64,000 nucleotides of DNA. It comes from an uncultured delta proteobacterium. Lineage in GTDB: Bacteria; Desulfobacterota; Syntrophia; Syntrophales; UBA2192. The stretch spans positions 1 through 64,000 of the forward strand of contig CAVPJD010000011.1 in the NCBI GenBank assembly GCA_963705165.1, read 5' to 3'. Within the stretch, counting starts at the first letter, position 1, and each line of letters opens with the position of its first letter. Shown here in pieces: positions 23,057 through 33,498 of this stretch. A model generated the notes under the pieces. That model was not told the DNA's origin and searched no databases. It worked only from the letters and a program-made list of their open reading frames with translations. A program made the translations under genes and the position numbers.

Positions 23057-24001
23057 CTACAGCGCGCCGAGGTGCGGCTTGAGAAGCTCCCTGGCCCTCT
23101 CAATATCTCTTTCGATCTGTTTCACCAGTTCTTTAGGGCTTTCAAACTTCATCTCATCGCGAATCCGGTCGATGAAGAGGACATCGATGGCCTTCCCGTA
23201 GAGTTCTTCGCGGGGAAAATCAAGGAGGTGGACCTCCACGGTGAGCCGGTTGTCGCCGAAGGTCGGGCTGTAGCCGATGTTGAGAACACCGGGGTGAGAA
23301 CCGCCGTCCAGCTCGACGATCACGGCGTAGACGCCCAGGGCCGGGACAAGCTCCTTCTCCGATTCGATGTTCGCCGTGGGGATGCCGATCTCCGAGCCCC
23401 GCCTGTAGCCCTTCACGACAGTACCGCTCAGGTTGTAGGGCCGCCCCAGGAGCTTCATGGCCCGTCGCACATCGCCTTCCAGCAGGGTGTGCCGCACGCT
23501 GGAGCTGCTCACCACGATCCCGTCGACCTGCACGGCATCGATGGCCTCCACGTCAAAGCCAAGTGCCTGACCCATACCCCGGAGGAAGTCCTCGTTGCCG
23601 CTCTTGCGGTTTCCGAAGGCCGTATCGTGGCCGATGATGAGCTTCTCCAGGTGAAGTTTATCCCAGAGGATGCCCTGGACAAACTCTTCGGCCGTCGTCT
23701 TGGCAAAGTCAGGCGTGAACTCGATGAGGACGACGGCATCGATGCCCAGAGCTTCGATGAGCTTCAGCTTCTCCTGAAGCGTCGTGAGGAGGTAGAAGGG
23801 TTTGCGATCCGGTTGCAGGACCTTCTGGGGGTGAGGTTCGAAGGTGAGGACAACGCCTCGGCACTGCCTTTTTCGGGCCTCTTCGACGACCTTGCCCAAA
23901 AGATCCTTGTGGGCCAGATGAATCCCGTCAAAATTCCCGATGGTCACAACCGAACATGCATACTTGGGGGGGATCCGGTCCAGTCCCCTGATGACATCCA
24001 T
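23057..24001 (-). CDS. ribF: Bifunctional riboflavin kinase/FAD synthetase
   Basis: TIGNFDGIHLAH, TFEPHP, VSSS, GIPTAN, EVHLLDF. Confidence 0.97.
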   Translation of the reverse strand: MDVIRGLDRIPPKYACSVVTIGNFDGIHLAHKDLLGKVVEEARKRQCRGVVLTFEPHPQKVLQPDRKPFYLLTTLQEKLKLIEALGIDAVVLIEFTPDFAKTTAEEFVQGILWDKLHLEKLIIGHDTAFGNRKSGNEDFLRGMGQALGFDVEAIDAVQVDGIVVSSSSVRHTLLEGDVRRAMKLLGRPYNLSGTVVKGYRRGSEIGIPTANIESEKELVPALGVYAVIVELDGGSHPGVLNIGYSPTFGDNRLTVEVHLLDFPREELYGKAIDVLFIDRIRDEMKFESPKELVKQIERDIERARELLKPHLGAL

Positions 24002-24153
24002 GAATCAACAAACCTCTCTTTTCCGATATCCTGAAAGCGCGGCAGCCAGCTCGGCCAGTTTTGTAACATATCACGAAGGTCTTTTATATCAAGCCTGTTT
24101 TTGCTTGACAAGGTTTCGGGGATCATTATAGATTCAGAGATCATGAAAGACGT

Positions 24154-24240
24154 GCCGAAGTGGCGGAACTGGTAGACGCGCTAGGTTCAGGGTCTAGTGG
24201 GTGTACGCCTGTCCGGGTTCAAATCCCGGCTTCGGCACCA
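24154..24240 (+). tRNA. tRNA-Leu (anticodon CAG)
   Basis: GCCGAAG acceptor stem pairs with CTTCGGC-ACCA; D-loop GGTAGAC; anticodon arm CTAGG-TTCAGGG-TCTAG; long variable arm; GGTTCAAATCC T-arm; encoded CCA. Confidence 0.97.
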
Positions 24241-24246
24241 GAAAAC

Positions 24247-24285
24247 AAAAGGGGGTCAGCCATTCGATGGCTGGCCCCCTTTTTT
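24247..24285 (+). terminator. Terminator after tRNA-Leu
   Basis: GGGGGTCAGCCAT-tcg-ATGGCTGGCCCCC followed by a T run. Confidence 0.85.
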
Positions 24286-24344
24286 ATTGTGTCCCTGATC
24301 AAAAGGACCGAGCTGTTATGGCAGTCGTGACCTCTCAAAAATAT

Positions 24345-24374
24345 AAAAAAAGCAGAGCCACTGATGACTCTGCC
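24345..24374 (-). terminator. Terminator of the small ORF
   Basis: Minus strand GCAGAGTCA-tcag-TGGCTCTGC followed by T7. Confidence 0.7.
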
Positions 24375-24439
24375 ATCCTTAATGTTCCGCAACGTCGCCT
24401 TGAATTTCCCTGCGACCAGTCACACGGTCGTCGTGCTCA

Positions 24440-24637
24440 TCAAATCCTTTGCTCTTTCTTTTCTTCCCAGTCCTGCATGTTGAACAGGGTATCCTCTTCT
24501 TCCAGGAGGCCTAACCAGGCGTCCCCCATGCCATCCGGATCTATAGCGAGGATAGCCGGGCCTTTACGCTGGGGGGCCAACTGCTTCAAGGCTGCATTTT
24601 CTTTTTTCTGAGCAGTGTTGATGGAGTTCACCTTCAT
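24440..24637 (-). CDS. Small hypothetical protein (65 aa)
   Basis: GAGGAG RBS, upstream sigma-54-like site and downstream terminator. Confidence 0.65.
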   Translation of the reverse strand: MKVNSINTAQKKENAALKQLAPQRKGPAILAIDPDGMGDAWLGLLEEEDTLFNMQDWEEKKEQRI

Positions 24638-24728
24638 CTTCCAAGTCTCCTCGTTTGTAATGACGGTATGATTATTAACGGGTGTCTCTCAAAACGGTCC
24701 GACGCATGAACCGTTTTGTGAAACTAGT

Positions 24729-24744
24729 AGCAATCATCATACCA
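24729..24744 (-). promoter_or_regulatory. Sigma-54 (-24/-12) promoter
   Basis: Minus strand TGGTATGATGATTGCT (GG-N10-GC). Confidence 0.65.
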
Positions 24745-24999
24745 GGGAGCGCCTAGATTGCTTTAGCGGCTGATATCATTAAATTTATATTTTTGCTTTG
24801 TCTATGAAAATCAGAGGGTAATGGAATAAAGTGAAGGAATAACCCTACGGACATTTTCGCAGGGCTCGGGATTGCCCTTAAAACACGGAAAGAACAGGGA
24901 GAAGGGATTCCCCTTCACTCGTGCCTGAAATCGAGCGCGTCAAGGGATTTATTCAAAGAAGAGATCATCGCAAATGGCCCGAAACTCGCGGTCAGTCCA

Positions 25000-25030
25000 G
25001 GGGTCAGCCTCCAGAGGCTGGCCCTTTTTT
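25000..25030 (+). terminator. Terminator-like hairpin upstream of the DUF3141 gene
   Basis: GGGGTCAGCCTC-ca-GAGGCTGGCCCT followed by a T run. Confidence 0.65.
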
Positions 25031-25127
25031 GCCCGCCGTCCCCTTGCCCGGAGATTCTTCCTGGCTGGTCCGGATATTGCAACTCACCCTCTGATCATAC
25101 CTACCGAAAAAACAAGGAGTTACCCCC

Positions 25128-27370
25128 ATGTTAACCTGGAATCAGTGGAACCCGATGACCGCGGCGTCGAAATGGATCTCCGATGCCTGTGAATACGCCG
25201 TCGACTCGGCTCAGCGGCAGATCCTCTTCATGGACGTGCTGCGCAAGCGTGGCAACAACTACATCGAGCACCTGCGAAACGGCCAGCCGCCCGTGCTGAG
25301 CTTTCACTACGAGATGATCCTCGATGGCCGGACGTTCAAAAACCCGTAAACTTCGCGTTGGTCCGCATCGTGGATCGGCGCAGTGAAGAGAAGAACTGCG
25401 CTGACGGCGCCGAGCGACGCAGGACGAACCGGGGGAAAAAACCGCCCGAACTGCCGAAGCGTCCCATCGTGATCATCGACCCGAGGGCCGGCCACGGGCC
25501 CGGGATCGGGGGCTCCAAGCGAGACTCCGAGATCGGCATGGCCCTGGATCATGGCCACCCGGTATACTTCATTCTCTTCTACACGGAGCCCATGCCCGGC
25601 CAGAAGATCAAGGACGTCGTTCAGGCCGAGGAACGTTTCATCGAGGAGGTCGTCCACAGGCACCCCCACGCGGACAATCCCGCCATCATGGGCAACTGCC
25701 AGGCAGGCTGGGCGTCGGCCCTGCTGTGCGCCGACCGGCCCGACATCGCGGGGCCGCTCATCTTGAACGGCGCCCCCATGTCCTACTGGGCAGGCGTTCA
25801 GGGAGTGAACCCGATGCGCTACCGGGGAGGACTGGCTGGCGGCATCTGGATGACCTCGCTTCTGTGCGACCTGGGCAACGGGAAATTCGACGGGGCCAGC
25901 CTCGTATCGAACTTCGAGTCACTCAACCCGGCCAACACGTTATGGACGAAAAACTACAAGCTCTACTCCGAGATCGACACCGAGGAGGAGCGGTTCCTCG
26001 CCTTCGAGAAGTGGTGGGGAGGGTTCTACATGATGAACGCCGAGGAGATCCACTTCATCGTGAGCAATCTCTTCGTGGGGAACAAGCTCGAGAAGGGCAA
26101 ACTGGAGCTTCACGAGGGGGAATTTCTGAGTCTGAAGAACATCCAGAGCCCCATCCTGGTCTTTGCCTCGAAGGGTGACAACATCACCCCGCCTCAGCAG
26201 GCCCTCTCATGGATCCCCAAGGTCTATCGATCCGCCGAAGAGATCCGGAAGCTCGGACAGGTCATCGTCTACATCATCCACGAGGACATCGGGCACCTGG
26301 GAATCTTCGTCGCGGCAAGCGTCGCAAAAAAGGAGCACAAGGAGATCATCCGCAGCTCCGAAATGATCGAATTCCTCCCGCCCGGCCTCTACGAGATGGT
26401 GATCGAAGGAGAGGTGGCCACGGGCGACATCTCCACCCGCTTCGAGGAGAGGACCCTGGAAGACATCAAGGCCCTCGACGACGCGCCGGAAGAGGAGGAG
26501 GATTTCAGCATCGTGGCGCAGGTCTCCGAATTCAACGACCGGATCTACCGGAGCTTCCTGAGCCCCTGGGTGAAGGCCTGTTCGTCGGAGTTCTCGGCGG
26601 AGATGATGCGCGGGCTCAACCCCCTGAGATCGCAGCGCTACATGATCTCGGACATGAACCCGATGCTGCGCCACCTCGGCGCGGCGGCATCCCAGATCCG
26701 TGCCAACCGCAAGCCCGCATCGCCGGGCAACACCTTCGCGGCCCAGGAGAAATCCCTGTCGTCGTTCATCGAAGAGTGGCTCAACTTCTACCGCGACAGC
26801 CGGGACCGCCGGCAGGAGAGGCTCTTCCGCGCGGTTTACGGCCATGAGGCCCTGCGTTACTCCTCGCTCGCCGCAGGCACCTTCAAGGCCCTGGCCAAAG
26901 ACAAGGAACTGGAGGTTTCCTGGGAGGACTACGAGCAGTGGCTCCAGCAGAAGTGGCTCGATGCCGCCGAGAAGGGCGGTCCGGCCGAGGGGATCGTCCG
27001 GGCCATGATGGCCATGGCCAGGACCGGCCGTGTCATCGGCCACAAGCATTTCGCCGTTGCCGAGGAGATCGCCAAGACCCACAAGATCCTGCAAAGAATC
27101 CGGCCCGCCGACTTTCGCCGCATGGTGAAGGAGCAGTACTGCATCCTGGAGGCCGACGAGAAAAAGGCTCTCGCGGCCCTCGCGAAGCTCCTCCCCGGCG
27201 AGCACGACCGCGACGAGGCCCTGAGCCTCGCCCGGCGCATCGCCCTGGTGGACGGGGCCTACACACAAGACGAGAAGGCCATGATGGAGAAGATCGCCCG
27301 CGGTCTGGGCATCGCGAATGTCGGCACCGATAATAAACTCTTGAAATTTCGAAGCGAGAAACGTATGTAA
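25128..27370 (+). pseudogene. DUF3141-family alpha/beta hydrolase (PHA-synthase-like), frameshifted near 25340
   Basis: ORF 25128-25349 continues in another frame as PVNFALVRI...DPRAGHGPGIGG, GNCQAGW, GDNITPPQQAL, GHLGIF. One added base in the A5 run (25338-25342) restores the gene; may be a sequencing error. Confidence 0.8.
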
Positions 27371-27399
27371 GGGAAAAGGGGCAAAAGGAGGGACTGGAA

Positions 27400-27795
27400 A
27401 TGGCAAAGGCGATAAAGCTGAAACAGCTGACCTTCATCGTGCCCAACCGGGTAGGCCTGCTCTCGGAGGTGACCACCTTCCTGGCGAACGGGAAGGTCAA
27501 CATCGAGGCCCTCTGTGCCTATGGGAGGGGCCCGGAAGGCGTTTTCATGATTGTCACCGACAACAACGCCAAGGCGAAGAAGATCCTGACCCAGATGGGC
27601 GCCGAGGTGAAGGTGGAGGAGGTCATCGCCGTGGAGCTCGCCAACAAGCCCGGGCAGCTGCAAAAGGTGGCCAAGAAGGTCTCCGATGCCCTCGTCGATA
27701 TCAACTACGTCTACGTAAGCCCCTCCGGCGGCAAGATGACGGTCGTGTTCAAGACGGCCGATGACAAGAAGATCCTCAAGGCACTCAAGAAATAG
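27400..27795 (+). CDS. Tandem ACT domain protein
   Basis: PNRVGLL...VNIEAL and NKPGQL...DINYVY repeats. Confidence 0.88.
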   Translation: MAKAIKLKQLTFIVPNRVGLLSEVTTFLANGKVNIEALCAYGRGPEGVFMIVTDNNAKAKKILTQMGAEVKVEEVIAVELANKPGQLQKVAKKVSDALVDINYVYVSPSGGKMTVVFKTADDKKILKALKK

Positions 27796-27805
27796 GGAAA
27801 GGCAT

Positions 27806-27846
27806 CATTCACCCTCACCCCGACCCTCTCCCCTCAAGGGAGAGGG
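27806..27846 (+). repeat. REP-like palindrome, copy 1
   Basis: CATTCACCCTCACCCCGACCCTCTCCCC-TCAAGGGAGAGGG; first 28 nt are the exact reverse complement of 34561-34588. Confidence 0.85.
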
Positions 27847-27916
27847 AGACCAGGGTCGTTATTTCCCGGAGGCAGTGAAAAAACAATAAACGACAGAGCG
27901 AGTCCCACAGGCACCG

Positions 27917-27949
27917 AAGGCGCAGCGAAACCCGCTGCGCCTTTCTTTT
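27917..27949 (+). terminator. Intrinsic terminator
   Basis: AAGGCGCAGCG-aaacc-CGCTGCGCCTT-TCTTTT. Confidence 0.75.
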
Positions 27950-28102
27950 ACCCCCCCGCATCCCTTTCCCTTGCGCCATCCTGCCGATTGTGGCATGACG
28001 CAAAGGGGACCTGACAGCCGGTTCTCTTTTCGTGGCGTTTTCCCGGACGAAATAGACCAAACAGACCAGATAGACCAAACAGACGCAGTCTAGGGGCAGA
28101 CT

Positions 28103-28891
28103 ATGAAAACAGCGGATTTGTTCAGGCTCGACGGCAAGGTGGCCCTCGTCACAGGCGGGGGCCGGGGGATCGGCAAATTCATCGCCACGGGGCTGGCCGA
28201 GGCGGGCGCGAACCTCGTCATCGCCTCGCGCAAGATGAAAAACCTGGAGGCTGCGGCCGCCGAAATCCGGCAGGCCTGCGGGGTGGAGGTCCTGCCCGTA
28301 ACCTGCGACGTGGCGAAGGAAGAGCAACTCGACGGGCTCGTGAAGGCGGCCCTGTCAACGTTCGGCCGCATCGACATCCTGGTGAACAACGCCGGGGCCA
28401 CCTGGGGCGCCCCGACGCTGGAGTTCCCCCTGGAGCGCTGGGATCAGATGTTCAACATCAACGTACGCGGCGTCTGGATCCTGACGCAGAAGGTGGCGGG
28501 CGTGATGAAGGCCCAGGGAGGCGGCAATATCATCAGTATCTCCTCCATCATGGCATTCCGGGGTTCCGACGAGTTTCTGCACCCGGCCGTGCCCTACAAC
28601 TCCACGAAGGCGGCCATCAATGCCCTGACGATGAATCTCGCCGTGAAGCTCGCCCCCTTCAAGATCCGGGTGAACGCCATCGCTCCGGGCTTTTTCCGCA
28701 CCGACATGATGGCCTACATCGAGACGCCCGACTTCAAGGAGTCCCGCGACAAAGCGATGGAACTCGTCCCCATGAGGCGCTTCGGGGATGCCGACGACAT
28801 GAAGGGTGTTGTGGTGTTCCTGGCCTCGGACGCTTCGGCCTACATGACGGGCCACGTGCTCGTCAACGACGGGGGGTTCCTGGCAAGGTAA
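28103..28891 (+). CDS. Short-chain dehydrogenase/reductase
   Basis: TGGGRGIG, NNAG, YNSTK, NAIAPG. Confidence 0.95.
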   Translation: MKTADLFRLDGKVALVTGGGRGIGKFIATGLAEAGANLVIASRKMKNLEAAAAEIRQACGVEVLPVTCDVAKEEQLDGLVKAALSTFGRIDILVNNAGATWGAPTLEFPLERWDQMFNINVRGVWILTQKVAGVMKAQGGGNIISISSIMAFRGSDEFLHPAVPYNSTKAAINALTMNLAVKLAPFKIRVNAIAPGFFRTDMMAYIETPDFKESRDKAMELVPMRRFGDADDMKGVVVFLASDASAYMTGHVLVNDGGFLAR

Positions 28892-29337
28892 GCGGCTTGC
28901 AGCCGCTTACAGCGGTCAGCGTCCGGTGATCAGTGGGGGAAAAAAAGAGACGGGCCGGAAGAATGGTTCGGAGAAAGAGAGAGGGGGATCAGGCCGACAA
29001 CCCGATCCCCCAATCCACAGGAGGTAGTGATATGACACAGCGTTCGTATCCGGTCTTTCAAGCGGCTGCGCATCCACCCCGCACAGGCATCTTCGCAAGA
29101 AACCACACGATGATTGACTAACACAGTAATCCAGAAGCACAATATAGATAAAATATAGATATTATGTGTGCCATTTCACTATACTTAATTCTTGACAGTT
29201 CCACATAACGGAATTATTGTCTCATCCATCCGTTCCTTCATTTCACACCCTGTTTGCCGAAAAGTTGAACCCATTGGGATGCAAGCTCAAGCGACCAGGG
29301 ATAAACTCATAGTTTCCGAAGGGTTGGATGGCTGACA

Positions 29338-31510
29338 ATGAGAAATGACGCCGAGGACAGGACAACCGCGAATGACGATGCTGCGTTGACCCGGAGCCTC
29401 ATCGCCGCGCTGCAAGAAAACGAGGCCTGGTTTCGCAACATGGTGGATAAGTCGCCCATGGGCATCTCCGTCGCCCGGGACGGCGTCACGCTTTATGCCA
29501 ATGATGCCTGCGTGCGCATGTTCGGTTATGAAAACCCGCAGGAAATCGTCGGGACCTCTCAGCTCAACAGGGTCGCCCCCGATTACCGCTGGCAGCTCAA
29601 CCTGCAGATCAAAAAGCGCCGGCGGGGCGAGCCCGTCCCCAATCAATATGAAATCATGGGGCTGAGAAAGGACGGATCGACCTTTCCCCTCTTGATCGAA
29701 GTGTCAAGAGTGCACCTGAAAGACGTACCTCTCTCGGTTGCGTTATTCACCGATTTCACCGAACGCAAGCGGATCGAGGCTGCGCTCAGCTCCAGCGAGA
29801 AACGCTACCGCACGCTCGTTGAAACGGCCGATGACTTCATCACGGAGATCAATGCCCGTGGAGTCATTCTCTACGCCAGCCCGGGGTTTTACGGCATCAC
29901 GGGCTACAAGCCCGCCGATATCCTGGGCAGGACACCGTTCGACTTCATGGACCCTCCCTATGCGATGCGGGCAAAGCGCATCTTTGAGGAGAAGGCGAGG
30001 AATAAGGAGAAAATCCTGGGCCTCCAGGAAACCCTCGTCTGCAAAGACGGCTCATCGGTGACCCTGGAAACAAACGCCTCGCCCTTCTTTGATTCCGACG
30101 GAAAGCTGCTCGGCTATTGCGCCGCATCTCGCGACATCACGCATCTGAAAAAGACAGAGGACGCCCTGCGGGAAAGCGAGCGGCGCTACCGGAATCTCGT
30201 CGAAACGATCGACGAGTACATCGCAGAGAGCGATGCAACGGGAAGGTGCACCTACGCAAGCCCGAAAGATATTCGACTTCATCGGATACCAACCCGAAGA
30301 GTTGGTAGGGAAGAGACCCTTCGACTTCATGGAACCCGCCGAGGCACTCCGAGTAAAAACGATATTTTATGAGAAAGCGGTAAAGCATGAGCCCTTCGAT
30401 TATCTCGAAAACACCCTGATTCACAAAAACGGCACCGCGGTCGTCATGGAAACTTCGGGCGCGCCTTTTTTCGGCGAGGACGGGAAGCTCCTGGGTTACC
30501 GAACGATCTCCCGTGATATCACCAGGCGCAAAGAGGCAGCAGAAGCGCTTGCCAAGGCCGAGGCAAAATACAGGGACATCTTCGAGAACGCCGTCGAGGG
30601 GATTTACCGGAGCCTGCCCGTCGGGCGGTATACCGATGTCAACCCTGCCTTTGCCCGCATATTCGGCTACGACTCCCCGGAGGAGCTGAAAACGGCCGTC
30701 AACGACATCGGGCGGCAGCTCTACACCGATCCGGACGTCCGCAGGGAATGTGTGCGGATCGTCGAGGAGCGGGGGCACGGCAGCTTCGAGATCGTGATCC
30801 GCCGCAAGGACGGCAGCACGGGGTGGGTGTTCAACAACGTCCGCGCCGTCCGCGACGCCCAGGGGAAAACCATCTGCTACGAGGGATTTGTCGAAGACAT
30901 CACCGACCGAAAACGGGTCGAGGAGGAACTCCGAAAGGCACACGACACCTTGGAGGAACGGGTCCGGGAGCGGACGGAGGAGCTTGCCCGGGTGAACGAG
31001 ACCCTGCGCCTGGACATCGAAAAGCGGATGGGCGTGGAAGAGACCCTGAGGCTGCGCGAGAGCGAGCTGGAGATCCGGTCCCGCAAGCTCGAGGATCTCA
31101 ACACCACTCTGCGGACGCTCCTGGAGCAGCGGGACCAGGATCGAAGCCTTCTCGAGCAGAGGGTGATTGCCAACATCAACAAGCTGGTCATGCCCGCCCT
31201 GGAGAAGCTGAAAGCAACGCCGATCAACCGCCAGGCGGCTTCCTTCGTCGGGGTTCTCGAGACCAACCTGAAGGAAATCGTCTCGCCCTTCTCCCAGCAG
31301 CTGTCGGCGCAATCGGCCAGCCTGACGCAGACGGAAATCCAGATCGCCAACTTCATCATGCAGGGCATGCGCTCCAAGGAGATCGCCGGTTTGATGAAAC
31401 TTTCGAAGGGCACGATCGACTTTTACCGGAACAACATCCGGAAAAAACTCGGCATCCGCAATCAGAAAGCCAACCTGCAGTCCTATCTCCTGGCTCACTT
31501 CAAGATGTAG
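29338..31510 (+). pseudogene. Multi-PAS LuxR-type HTH regulator, frameshifted near 30266
   Basis: PAS/PAC repeats in 29338-30372 continue in 30233-31510 and end in LTQTEIQIA...SKEIA...YRNNIRKKLG. Removing one A at 30265-30267 gives TYASPKIFDFIGY. Confidence 0.8.
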
Positions 31511-31529
31511 GCATTGAGAAGAAGGGCAT

Positions 31530-33055
31530 TCAGCACGATCCCTTCCCCTCCCGTCCCGATCTCTCCAGGCGCAGGATCCGGTTGATGCACGAGGGCATCT
31601 CGTCCTCATAGTGGCTCACGTAGACGATCCGGGTGCCGGTCCCGGCGCCGATGCGGTCGATCAGCTTCAGCATCTTCCTGCGGTTTGCCGGGTCCAGCCC
31701 CTGGCAGGGCTCGTCGAGGATGAGCAGCTGGGGCGATTTCACCATCGCCCGGGCAATGAGCGCCATCCGCCGTCTCCCCGTAGGAGAGCCCTTCGAAGAC
31801 CCGTTCCGCCATGGGCAGGATGCCGAGAAGGTCCATCCAGTCCTCCACCATCCGGCGATCCTCCGGGCTCAGGCGGCGGAAAAGACCGATGGAATCGAAA
31901 AGCCCCGAGGCCACCACGTCCCGAACCTGGATCCCCCTGCGGTAACGCACCTGCAACTCCGAGGAGACCGCACCGATCTTTTCCCGGATGTCCCAGAGCG
32001 ACTCGCCGGAGCCTTTGAGCATGCCGAAGAGCCGGATCTCGTTGGCGTAGGCCTGGAGATTGTCGCCGGTAATGAGACTCAGAAGGGTCGTCTTGCCCGA
32101 CCCGTTCGGGCCCAGCACCGCCCAGTTCTCGCCGCGCCTCACCGTCCAATCCAGGCCGTCGAGGATGGTGACATCGCCGAACTTCACCGTCACCCCCTTC
32201 ATCTCGACGAGGATGTCGGGGGCTGCCGATTCCCGTGCATTCTCCCGGGGAAGGTAAGGAGCGGGGCTCTCATCCTCGGCGCTGATTCGCAGCCACCCGG
32301 AAATAACTTCCTCGCGCCTTCCCTGGAGGACGACCCGTCCGTCCTTGACGCAGAGCACATGGGTGATGCCCGGCGGGATCTCGTCTGCGCGGTGGCTCAC
32401 CAGGACAAGCTGGACACCCTCCCTCGCCAGGTCATCCAATAGAACTTTAAGCTCCTCTCGCGAGGCGGCGTCGATCCCGCCGAAGGGCTCATCGAGGACG
32501 ACAAGCCGCGGGGACTTCATCAGGGCCCGGGCGATGAGCACCTTGCGCAGCTCGCCCGTCGAGAGGTGGCGCATGGGTCTGTTTTGAAGATAGCCGATCC
32601 CGAGCCGCTTCACGATTCCTGCGATATGCGCGGGCGCCGTCAATGCCGGGTGGGCTTCCCGAGAGGATCGTCTCGCGGGCCGTTTCGGGGTCCCCTCCCC
32701 TGCCGGCACAGCCGCCGTCTTCGACGCGGTTCTCCTCCGCCCCGAGAAGCCACTCCTGCAGCTCGGGCGACACCCAGCCTATGCGGTCGCGTGCCGCATC
32801 GGGGTGGTGGCGCGTAACCGCCCCCTGCGAAGTCGGCACGTCGTCCATGAGGACCCGGGCAAGGGACGACTTGCCCGCGCCGTTGGGGCCCAGGATGGCC
32901 CAGCTCTCGCCGGCGCGGATCTCCCAGGACGTGCCAGGCAGGATGAACCGGTCTCTCACGCGCACGGTCACATCTTCGATGGTTATGAAAGGGTCTCCCG
33001 GTGCGGGCGGGCGTTTAGCCCTGGCCCCACCAGAAGACGCGGACGGGGTCTTCAT
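31530..33055 (-). pseudogene. modF: ModF-like duplicated ABC ATPase with two frameshifts
   Basis: Walker A GPNGAGKSS and GPNGSGKTT, signatures LSTGE and LSYGE, LDEPF and LDEPC spread over three frames; shifts near 32633 and 31775. Confidence 0.75.
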
Positions 33056-33365
33056 CGATTTCTCTCAACAGAATCTCAAAATCCATTCTCGGCTTCAGGT
33101 AGTAGCTGTGCCACTTCGAGTCGGCGTCCACGTAGTAGAGGCTCCACCTTTTCGTTCGTGGGTCGAATCGAAAACGTGCCATGTCAAGCCGTACCCGTTT
33201 TTCGGGGTCCAGCAGGCCGGGGCGCTCTTCGAAGAGCGTCACGAGGTCGCCCTCTATGGCATAGCCGATCCGCACACGGTGGCACAGCGCCTCGTGGACC
33301 CGACCCCGGCAGTAGTCCCCGAGTTTCTTTTCCACCAGCTTCAGGGTGAATTCCGAAAGTGCCAT
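33015..33365 (-). CDS. DUF3024-like protein
   Basis: VTLFEERP...MARFRF...WSLYY.D...WH.Y...EIDEDP..VFW. Confidence 0.8.
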   Translation of the reverse strand: MALSEFTLKLVEKKLGDYCRGRVHEALCHRVRIGYAIEGDLVTLFEERPGLLDPEKRVRLDMARFRFDPRTKRWSLYYVDADSKWHSYYLKPRMDFEILLREIDEDPVRVFWWGQG

Positions 33366-33498
33366 GGCGACCTTCCTTCCATAGCTCTATACCATAAATC
33401 GGTCGAGCCCGAAACAACAGCTCCGCGGGCAGAATTTTCTTGTCAAAAGGACTGTGAATTGTTTAACATCCGGGAGACTTGAATGAGAGGACCGGCCC

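Noticed and set aside
25336..25349. Programmed -1 frameshift in the DUF3141 gene
   Set aside because: C AAA AAC is not a canonical X XXY YYZ slippery site; a homopolymer indel is simpler.
24154..33400. tRNA-Leu-anchored integrative island
   Set aside because: No integrase and no duplicated tRNA 3' end found in the window.
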